Assembly (NCBI GenBank): GCA_934660865.1
Contig: CAKUIA010000018.1
Coordinates: 16,363 to 48,362, forward strand
Source of the DNA: an uncultured Opitutales bacterium
Lineage (GTDB): Bacteria > Verrucomicrobiota > Verrucomicrobiia > Opitutales > Intestinicryptomonadaceae
Length of the DNA stretch: 32,000 bases
Direction of reading: 5' to 3'
The notes beneath the pieces were generated by a model. It ran no database searches, was not told where the DNA came from, and saw only the letters and a program-made list of their open reading frames with translations. Both the position numbers and the translations under genes were made by a program. Positions within the stretch are counted from its first letter, which is position 1. Each line of letters begins with the position of its first letter. Positions 17,918 through 24,862 of the stretch are shown piece by piece.

Positions 17918-18370
17918 ATGCGTTTAACCAGTATTATGAAATTTCGTAAAAACAGAAAAAGCCGAGGGGCTTTTACGCTTATGGAGATAATTTTGGTTGT
18001 TGCCCTCCTTGCGCTGCTTATGTCGCTTGTTGTCGGCAACCTCGACGGGCTTTATTCGGAAAGCCAATCGAAAGTGGCAAAGACTTTTGTAAACGGCACA
18101 ATGTCGGCTCCGCTTATGGCGTATAAAATTTCGATGGGCAGGTATCCGACCACCGAAGAGGGCTTGGAAGCCCTTTTAAAAGCCCCCGAAGAAGACTCCC
18201 GCTGGAGGGGGCCGTATATAAAGCAGCTGCAGCCCGACCCTTGGGGCAATAAATATATGTATGCGTGTCCAGGCGAACACAACAAAGATTCGTACGATTT
18301 ATGGTCGGTTGGCGCCGACGGCAAAGACGGCACCGACGACGACATAGGCAACTGGGTTAGCGAAGAATAA
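17918..18370 (+). CDS. gspG: type II secretion major pseudopilin GspG
   Basis: 150 aa. The prepilin N-terminus is KSRGAFTLMEIILVVALLALL. GspG body motifs are GRYPTTEEGLEALL, GPYIK...PDPWGNKYMY and the Ca-site-like GADGKDGTDDDIGNW. The alternative start is M7 at 17936. Confidence 0.9.
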   Translation: MRLTSIMKFRKNRKSRGAFTLMEIILVVALLALLMSLVVGNLDGLYSESQSKVAKTFVNGTMSAPLMAYKISMGRYPTTEEGLEALLKAPEEDSRWRGPYIKQLQPDPWGNKYMYACPGEHNKDSYDLWSVGADGKDGTDDDIGNWVSEE

Positions 18371-18375
18371 ACGCC

Positions 18376-18873
18376 ATGTGCCTTAACGCCCCCCGCCGCG
18401 CATTCACGTTGCTGGAAACGGTTGTGTGTCTGGCCATAATATGCGTGCTAGTGGGCGTAATTTCGGTAAATTTCGACCCCCTTTTAAATTCGGTAAATGC
18501 GCAGTCGCCCGAGCGGATTTTGGCGGTCGCAGTAAAAAAGGCCTACGACTTTGCCGCCGAAAAGGGCGAAAAAACAGTTTTGTTTTTCGACGCCGAAAGC
18601 CGCAGCCTTGTAGTGTGCGGCGGCGACGGCATGGCGCAGCTTGCGCGATACGAATTGCCGCAGGGCGAAGTTTCGCTTGCATTCGAGCCGGTGTATCCTG
18701 AAACGGTAAACATTTCGCAGCACACCTACGGCGCGGTTAAGGAGATTGGCGAGCTTTCGTTTTTCCCCGACGGAACGTGCACGCCCGCAAAAATTCTGTT
18801 CGGCTATAAAAACGAAAATATGCAATTTGAATGCGACACGTTTTCGGGTGCACTTGTAAAAAATGAAAACTAA
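18376..18873 (+). CDS. minor pseudopilin (GspH-like by position and size)
   Basis: 165 aa. The prepilin N-terminus is MCLNAPRRAFTLLETVVCLAIICVLVGV. This is the second gene of the G-to-K series. The subtype is assigned by position only. Confidence 0.65.
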   Translation: MCLNAPRRAFTLLETVVCLAIICVLVGVISVNFDPLLNSVNAQSPERILAVAVKKAYDFAAEKGEKTVLFFDAESRSLVVCGGDGMAQLARYELPQGEVSLAFEPVYPETVNISQHTYGAVKEIGELSFFPDGTCTPAKILFGYKNENMQFECDTFSGALVKNEN

Positions 18874-19318
18874 AAAGGCATTTACTTTGGTCGAAACCAT
18901 TGCCGCCCTTGCAATATTCGTTCTTATGGCAACGGGCATAGGCGGCGCGGTATACAACCTAAAATCCATTGTAGACTTGCCCGAAAAAAATCCCGATTTC
19001 GACGCGCAGCGCGAGTTTATAAGAACCAAAATTTTGGAAATTTCCTCGCGCGACGATTTGGAGTCGGGCATTGAGTGCGACTTGTTCGATTCCGCAAAGG
19101 CCGAAGTTGTATGCACAATAGAGGAAACCGAAGTGCCCGATTTGTTTTTGATTGCAGCTTCGGTTAAATCGCGGGAGTTTTCGTATACGGAAAACTTGTA
19201 TGTAATAAGAAGCTCGTGGTACGAAAATTCCGATACGCGCCAAACGCTTATAGACGACAGACGCGAATTTTTGGAGCAAAAACGCATAGGCGACTATTCG
19301 GGAGGGCGCGGCAAATGA
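18863..19318 (+). CDS. minor pseudopilin (GspI-like by position)
   Basis: 151 aa. The prepilin N-terminus is MKTKKAFTLVETIAALAIFVLMATG. The start overlaps the preceding gene by 11 nt. Confidence 0.65.
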   Translation: MKTKKAFTLVETIAALAIFVLMATGIGGAVYNLKSIVDLPEKNPDFDAQREFIRTKILEISSRDDLESGIECDLFDSAKAEVVCTIEETEVPDLFLIAASVKSREFSYTENLYVIRSSWYENSDTRQTLIDDRREFLEQKRIGDYSGGRGK

Positions 19319-20028
19319 AAAGGCGCGCATTTTCGCTTATAGAGCTTTTAATGTCGCTGGCGGTGGCGTCTATGGTAATGATGTCGTGCGTGTGGCTTTT
19401 CCTTTCAATGGTAAATTTGTCGGAAAGCGCGCAAAACGCGCCGCAGCTTTTGCAAAAGGCAAGCGCAGCGGAAAAGTTTTTAAGGTGTGCCTTTTTAAAT
19501 TCGTCTTTCCCCCAAAGAATGCCCGACGACCTTATAGGCAACATACGCACCACAAGCGGGGCGATAAGAATAGGCCAGTATCCCGAAAACACCGATACGC
19601 AGGAACTGAATTTGTGCTTCGGGCTGGAGCGCTTTCACCCGCTGTTTTTGTCGGCCGACGGCTTTGCAAAAGAAAAGGTTTGCTGGCTTAAATTCGAAAA
19701 AGACACGGGGCTTTTTCTTGTGTGGACATTTGTGGATTTGGAATACGAAAAGACCGAGCGCACCATTTACAAAACAAAAATTTCCGACTGCGTAGCCGAA
19801 GTTTCCTATATGTTCTATTCGGAGGAATACGGCTGGCAGGAGGAGGACAGCCTATCGCAAAGCGGCGACAATGCGGGGCTTATTCCGCACTACATAAAAA
19901 TTGTGTTTGCCGATTCCGGACAAAGCACTACAAGGTATGTTCCGCTATACTCCTTTTTGGAGGGCGAAAAAAAGGCCTCGGCAAGGGAAAGGCAAAGCGG
20001 CAGAAGGGGGGTTGTCCAGTATGAATAA
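19315..20028 (+). CDS. minor pseudopilin (GspJ-like by position and size)
   Basis: The internal ATG at 19315 gives MKRRAFSLIELLMSLAVASMVMM..., 237 aa. It forms an ATGA overlap with the upstream stop. The track ORF start at 19216 would add 33 aa that lack prepilin logic. Confidence 0.65.
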   Translation: MKRRAFSLIELLMSLAVASMVMMSCVWLFLSMVNLSESAQNAPQLLQKASAAEKFLRCAFLNSSFPQRMPDDLIGNIRTTSGAIRIGQYPENTDTQELNLCFGLERFHPLFLSADGFAKEKVCWLKFEKDTGLFLVWTFVDLEYEKTERTIYKTKISDCVAEVSYMFYSEEYGWQEEDSLSQSGDNAGLIPHYIKIVFADSGQSTTRYVPLYSFLEGEKKASARERQSGRRGVVQYE

Positions 20029-21091
20029 AAGGGCGTCGCTTTTGGTGTATGTTTTGGGAATGATGGCGTTGCTTTCGGCAATGTTTGTTTTGGTTTTCGA
20101 CGCCGTAAAAACTTCGGTTGCCCCGAAGGCGTGCGATTTGGAAAACGCCCAGCTTAGAATAGACGCCTACAACGCGCTAAACGCCGCCGTTGCAATAATA
20201 GAGGAATATAGGTATTTAGACGGCGGAATTTTTGCGCCCGAACAGGGCTGGAATTTGCCCTTAAACGATGGCAGAATAGGCTTTTTAAGCGAAAACAAAG
20301 TGTCGGTGGCAGTTTCGGACGAGTCGGCAAAAATTTCGCTGCCGAACGCAAACGCCGAAATTTTAAGCGCGCTTTTCCAAACAATGGACATTCCCGAAAG
20401 CGACGCCATAGAGCTTGCCGACTGCTTTATGGACTGGGTAGACTCGGATTCCAACCCGCGCCTAAAGGGCGCCGAAACAGACGACTACGACCGCTCCGCC
20501 CCCAAGCCTCCCAACCGAAACATAAGGGATTTTTACGAACTAAGATTCGTAAAAAATTTCGGCAAATATTTTTTCGACGAAAACGGGCGCGAAAACGACA
20601 ACTACAAATTGTTCGTGCAAAGCACGTCTTTGGAGCTTTTCGAGAAAGTAAACGTAAATACGGCGTCGCCCTTTGTTATACAAACATTCTACAAAAAGCA
20701 GGACAAAGAGCTTGACGCTTCGGTTGTCGACGCGATAAAGGGCATAGGAGTGTCGGTAGAAAACGGCATAACCTGGGTGCGCAATTTCAGCGAGCTGCAA
20801 AACAGGGGCGTGGAATTTTTGTCGGACGGCTTTGCCTGTGAAAGTTCGCTGCTTAAAATTTCGGTAAAAGTGTCGCGCGGGGCTGCGTTTTTCGAGCTTT
20901 GCGCCTATTACGGCGAAGAGCCTAAAAGCACAATGTCGCAAACGTCTACAAGGCGCAATTCCAAAACAAACGGGGCTTTTTCGGGCTCGCGCGCGCGTTC
21001 GGGCAAAACCGCAAAAGATTTCGGCAACTCAAATTCGAAAGTCGGGGCCAAAATATTGAGAATTTCGGAATATTCTTCGGAATGTTATTGA
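20021..21091 (+). CDS. gspK: GspK-like minor pseudopilin
   Basis: The internal ATG at 20021 gives MNKRASLLVYVLGMMALLSAMFVLVF, with an 8-nt overlap on the upstream gene. GspK-type blocks are VSDESAKISLPNAN, DWVDSDSNPRLKGAETDDY, PPNRNIRDFYELRFV and KVNVNTAS. An unusual basic S/T-rich C-terminal tail is present. Confidence 0.75.
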   Translation: MNKRASLLVYVLGMMALLSAMFVLVFDAVKTSVAPKACDLENAQLRIDAYNALNAAVAIIEEYRYLDGGIFAPEQGWNLPLNDGRIGFLSENKVSVAVSDESAKISLPNANAEILSALFQTMDIPESDAIELADCFMDWVDSDSNPRLKGAETDDYDRSAPKPPNRNIRDFYELRFVKNFGKYFFDENGRENDNYKLFVQSTSLELFEKVNVNTASPFVIQTFYKKQDKELDASVVDAIKGIGVSVENGITWVRNFSELQNRGVEFLSDGFACESSLLKISVKVSRGAAFFELCAYYGEEPKSTMSQTSTRRNSKTNGAFSGSRARSGKTAKDFGNSNSKVGAKILRISEYSSECY

Positions 21092-21126
21092 ACGCCCGTT
21101 TTTTAACGATATACACTAAAGGCAAT

Positions 21127-22182
21127 ATGAACGACATACTCGACAAAATAATAGAATACGGAATAACCAAAAAAGCCTCCGACATACACATTTGCAGCGG
21201 CGAGGTTGTAAGGTATAGGATAGACAACAACATTGTTTCTCCGTTCGGGCAGCCCGTAAATTCCGATAAAATTGTCGACAAAATTTTGTCGTACCTGCCC
21301 GGCGAAGAGTTTCGCAACAAGCTGCAAAGCGCCTATGCCAACGGCGACGAGATAGACTTTTCGCTGGAGTTTTGCCAAAGCCGCCTAAGGGTTAACGCCT
21401 TTAGGGATTTTACGGGCGACAACATTGCCGTAAGAATTTTGGACAAGCACATTTTAACCCCGCGCGAAATAGGCCTGCCCGAAGCTTTGGTTAATTTAAG
21501 CCGCAGGGCAAACGGCATTATAATTATTGCCGGAGCAAGCGGCTCGGGCAAAAGCACAACGCTTGCCTCGCTTATAGAGCTTGCAAACAACGAGCGCAAT
21601 TTGCACATAATTACAATAGAAGACCCGATAGAATATGTGTTCAAAAGCAAAAAGTGCCTTATAAACCAAAGGCAGGTGGGGCTTCACACAAAAAGTTTTG
21701 CATCGGGGTTAAAGTCGGCTTTAAGGGAAGACCCCGACATTATTATGATAGGCGAAATGCGCGACCAAGACACCGTAAGGGCGGCCATGAAACTTGCCGA
21801 AACGGGGCACCTGGTTTTGGCTACAATGCACACTTCAAGCTCTTCGGGGTGCATAGAAAGAATAATAGACTATTTTACACCCGAAGAACAAAGGCAGATA
21901 AGAACTGTTTTGTCGGACGCGCTTTTGTGCGTTTTAATACAGTCGCTTATTCCCGCAAAAAATTCTACGCGCACGGCCGCATTCGAATTTTTAATTTCCA
22001 ACGCCGCGGTAAAAAATCTCATTAGAGAGTCGAAAACGAACATGATTCAAAACGTTTTGCAGACATCGTCGAACATGGGAATGATTACAATGAAGGAAAG
22101 CTACACGCGTTTGGTGCAAAAGGGCGTAATTACGCTTGAAAACGCAAGGAAATACTACCCGAACGGCGACTTTACTTTGTAG
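21127..22182 (+). CDS. pilT: PilT-family (type IV pilus retraction-type) secretion ATPase
   Basis: 351 aa from MNDILDKIIEYGITKKASDIHI. Motifs are Walker A GASGSGKSTT, IITIEDPIEY, Walker B / Asp box REDPDIIMIGEMRD, His box TGHLVLATMHTSS, and AVKNLIRESK. The last resembles the PilT-specific AIRNLIRE motif. It has no GspE/PilB-type N-terminal extension. Confidence 0.85.
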   Translation: MNDILDKIIEYGITKKASDIHICSGEVVRYRIDNNIVSPFGQPVNSDKIVDKILSYLPGEEFRNKLQSAYANGDEIDFSLEFCQSRLRVNAFRDFTGDNIAVRILDKHILTPREIGLPEALVNLSRRANGIIIIAGASGSGKSTTLASLIELANNERNLHIITIEDPIEYVFKSKKCLINQRQVGLHTKSFASGLKSALREDPDIIMIGEMRDQDTVRAAMKLAETGHLVLATMHTSSSSGCIERIIDYFTPEEQRQIRTVLSDALLCVLIQSLIPAKNSTRTAAFEFLISNAAVKNLIRESKTNMIQNVLQTSSNMGMITMKESYTRLVQKGVITLENARKYYPNGDFTL

Positions 22183-22212
22183 GGCTATTTGCCTTTAGCT
22201 TGCATATTAAAC

Positions 22213-22246
22213 AAAAAACGCACCGAGTTTTGCCGGTGCGTTTTTT
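22213..22246. terminator. bidirectional intrinsic terminator between pilT-like (+) and the beta-helix gene (-)
   Basis: A 9-bp perfect stem pairs AACGCACCG (22217-22225) with CGGTGCGTT (22234-22242). An A run flanks it upstream and a T run downstream. Confidence 0.75.
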
Positions 22247-22264
22247 GTCGCCTTTTTATGGGGG

Positions 22265-24748
22265 CTATTTGCCTCTTTCGCCTGTGCGTTCGGGGAACAT
22301 ATCCTTGCGCTCTACAACAAAGCCGTTGTTGTTTTTAAATTCTATCTGGCTTTCGGGAATGCCCAGGCCCACCGCAATTACGCCTTTTTTGCCGTTTTTG
22401 TCGGTGTAGGTGTTGTTTTCGAACACCGCGTTTTCAACCCCCGCAACAAAGTTTACAACGTTTTCGTTCCACGTTCTTGCGGGAGCGCGCCAGGGTTTAA
22501 CGCTTGTGTCGGTGCAAAAGTCGGCCAAAGAATTGTTTTTTACGACAAGGTTTTTAACGCTTGCAAACAACATTGCGCTGTTTGCGCCGCCAAAAATTTT
22601 GTTGTTCGAAATTTCCACATTGCAGTGCACGGGCCAATCCAGCAGCTCGCCCTGGCTTAGGCCGTCGTTGATTTCCTTTACCGCGCCTTCGGCCGAAACT
22701 ATTATAACGGCGGGCAGATTTCTATGTCCGTTTATTTTGCTGTTTATAAAGCTGCAGTTGCGCACAACAACATTGCTGCTGGGCACGCCCTCGAACCACG
22801 GCTGTATGCAGGTATTTAGCTGAAAGCCGTTAGAATTTATAAGCTCGCAATTTTCCACCAGCATATTCGACGCCTGGCAGCAAATGCGGCCTTCGCTGTC
22901 GAGCCTGCAAAAACGCATGACAATTTCGCTTGGCTGCTTTGTCGTCGAAATTATGTCGTTGGCTATGTCTACATCTTTCGGCAGGGGCTCTTCGAACACA
23001 ATGTCGGCGCAGCGTTGCTGCCAGTTTTGCGTTATGCTTTTTATTTTGCGGTATGCGTATTTTTTCAGGTCTTTGCGCATAAATACCAAAGTGTCGCCGG
23101 CTCTGTCTTGAGGCATTTCGCCCGAATTGAATTTTGGGCTGTGCATTTGTATCTTGTCGGGAGCCGTTTGGCTTTTAATTTTATAGTAGTTGCTAAACAC
23201 GTTTATAGAATCGTCTTTAGAGCCTTTTACGCGGCAGTTTTCCACCAAAATTTTGCCGTAGCAGCCGAGCAGGTTTATCGCGTCGGAGCTTACCGAATAG
23301 GGCACCTTTGAATGGGGGGCGGGCTCTATGTTTACGTTTTTTATTTCTATGGAATCCAGATATTGGCCCACAATGCCCATTCCCATTCCCGAATATATGT
23401 TTACGTTTTCTATCTTGTGGTTTTTCGAGTGGTGTAGCCTGAAAATAGAGCCGCTATAGGTGTGGTGGCGCAGCATAATCTCCATTCCGATTTTTAGGGG
23501 GTCTATTGAATGTGTGCACGATACCCTGATTAAATCGGGGGCAATTAGGCGCGTTTGCGAAACTTGGTAGTTTACAAAAAGGCCGCCGTTTACGCTGAAA
23601 AGCCTGTCGCCGTAAACTTCGGACCACGAAGGCACGTCTTCGCCGCCTTTGGGCCTGTAAACCGTATTGTCGAATTTCAGGTCGAATTCGGATTTGTCGG
23701 GGCTTATCCAAGCTACTTTGCCGTGGGTGAAAAACGGCTTTTCGTAGTCTATGTCGAAATTTTTAAATACAACGTTTTCGCAGTCGGTGCTGTATGCAAA
23801 GCATTGTGTGCCCTCGAAAACAAGCAGCGAGCCTTGCCCGTCTATTTCAAGATTTTTTACGTTCTTTAGCCAAAACAGCCAGTGGCTTTGCTCCCACAAG
23901 CCGCCTTTTGCCTGCGCAAAATTATATATGCCCTTGGGGAAAACAAGCTTTTTTGCCCCGTTTTTTAGGGCAAAATCCAGGGCGCGGCGCACGGCTTGGG
24001 TATCGTCTTTGCCGTCGCCTGCAATGGCGCCGAATTCCCTAACGGAAACCGTGCCGCCTTTTTTAATAGTAAACGAGGCCGCCTTTGCCGATTCGTTTTG
24101 CCATGCCTGCATTTCCTTTTGGCTTGGCAGGCCTTTATACAGGCGTATGTGGTTTATTGCGCCGCACATTGGGTGGCTCCAGCGGCCGTTGGGGTTTGCG
24201 TTGCCCAAAATAAAGTCGGTTTTATACTCGAAGGGCTTTTGCAACAGGTTCGAAGCCCCCTCAAAAATTCCGTTTACATACAGCTTTACACTATATTGGT
24301 TGTTGCTTGTGTCGAATACGGCAATTATTTGGTAGTATCTGCCAAGCTCCATTTTTGTTTCCGAATTTACGGAAAACTTCACCTTTTTGCCTATGCCGTA
24401 AATTTCGTGGAAAATGCGGCCGTCTTTGTCGCAGCCTAGCATATGGTTGTAGCCGCGCCTTGCAAAGAATGTTGCGCGGTCTTTGGGGTATTTGTCGAGT
24501 CTTACTAGCATTGCAACGGCAAACGATTCGTTTAGCTGCGGCGTGTTATAGAACATATACGAAGAATCTTCGCCTGTAAATACAAAGCCGTTTTTGGTCT
24601 CTTGTATGTTTTCGCTTTTATAGAGCTTGCAGTTGTTTAAAACTTTGTCTTTTTGGGCAACCAAATCCATTAAAATTTCGGCGCCGAAAAGTTGCATACC
24701 GGCGATTGTGAAAACAACCGCCAAAAATGTTTTGCATAGTGTTTGCAT
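22265..24748 (-). CDS. secreted LamG/ConA-like lectin domain plus pectate-lyase-superfamily right-handed beta-helix protein
   Basis: 827 aa. The signal peptide is MQTLCKTFLAVVFTIAGMQLFGA. The LamG-like block reads ...FAVAMLVRLDKYP...YYQIIAVFD...VKLYVNGIF...INHIRLYKGLPSQKEMQAW. The Pectate_lyase_3-type start is SVREFGAIAGDGKDDTQAVRRALDFALKNGAKKLVFPKGIYNF. Repetitive beta-helix coils follow, with recurring motifs such as NVxIxN and VENC. Confidence 0.8.
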   Translation of the reverse strand: MQTLCKTFLAVVFTIAGMQLFGAEILMDLVAQKDKVLNNCKLYKSENIQETKNGFVFTGEDSSYMFYNTPQLNESFAVAMLVRLDKYPKDRATFFARRGYNHMLGCDKDGRIFHEIYGIGKKVKFSVNSETKMELGRYYQIIAVFDTSNNQYSVKLYVNGIFEGASNLLQKPFEYKTDFILGNANPNGRWSHPMCGAINHIRLYKGLPSQKEMQAWQNESAKAASFTIKKGGTVSVREFGAIAGDGKDDTQAVRRALDFALKNGAKKLVFPKGIYNFAQAKGGLWEQSHWLFWLKNVKNLEIDGQGSLLVFEGTQCFAYSTDCENVVFKNFDIDYEKPFFTHGKVAWISPDKSEFDLKFDNTVYRPKGGEDVPSWSEVYGDRLFSVNGGLFVNYQVSQTRLIAPDLIRVSCTHSIDPLKIGMEIMLRHHTYSGSIFRLHHSKNHKIENVNIYSGMGMGIVGQYLDSIEIKNVNIEPAPHSKVPYSVSSDAINLLGCYGKILVENCRVKGSKDDSINVFSNYYKIKSQTAPDKIQMHSPKFNSGEMPQDRAGDTLVFMRKDLKKYAYRKIKSITQNWQQRCADIVFEEPLPKDVDIANDIISTTKQPSEIVMRFCRLDSEGRICCQASNMLVENCELINSNGFQLNTCIQPWFEGVPSSNVVVRNCSFINSKINGHRNLPAVIIVSAEGAVKEINDGLSQGELLDWPVHCNVEISNNKIFGGANSAMLFASVKNLVVKNNSLADFCTDTSVKPWRAPARTWNENVVNFVAGVENAVFENNTYTDKNGKKGVIAVGLGIPESQIEFKNNNGFVVERKDMFPERTGERGK

Positions 24749-24794
24749 AAGTTCCCTTAAAAGTAGCCAGCTATTGGTGAAAAAATAAAATTTG

Positions 24795-24815
24795 TTTATC
24801 GATTAAATTTATCGA
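24795..24815 (-). repeat. 8-bp direct repeat TCGATAAA x2 (13-bp period) bracketing the -10 of the beta-helix gene promoter
   Basis: On the plus strand, TTTATCGA occurs at 24795-24802 and again at 24808-24815. Read on the minus strand this is TCGATAAA-TTTAA-TCGATAAA. Confidence 0.5.
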
Positions 24816-24829
24816 AAAAAGCCTGTCAA
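24802..24829 (-). promoter_or_regulatory. sigma70-type promoter candidate for the LamG/beta-helix gene
   Basis: The minus strand reads TTGACA (24829-24824), a 16-nt spacer, then TTTAAT (24807-24802). This lies 53 nt upstream of the ATG, and an AAGGGA Shine-Dalgarno-like element sits just before the start. Confidence 0.5.
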
Positions 24830-24862
24830 GCAGATACGGGATATATTTATAGATTGCAAAAT

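Noticed and set aside
19216-19314. N-terminal extension of the GspJ-like ORF, plus analogous extensions at 19901-20020 and 21082-21126
   Set aside because: The internal ATGs give canonical short basic prepilin leaders or a PilT-like N-terminus. They also create typical stop/start overlaps with the preceding genes. The extensions are Arg-rich read-through of the upstream gene's alternate frame.
21127-22182. Possibility that the ATPase is the T2SS assembly ATPase GspE
   Set aside because: At 351 aa it lacks the N1/N2 and zinc-finger (CxxC) regions of GspE. It also carries an AIRNLIRE-like motif (AVKNLIRESK) typical of PilT/PilU. This still needs a phylogeny to be certain.
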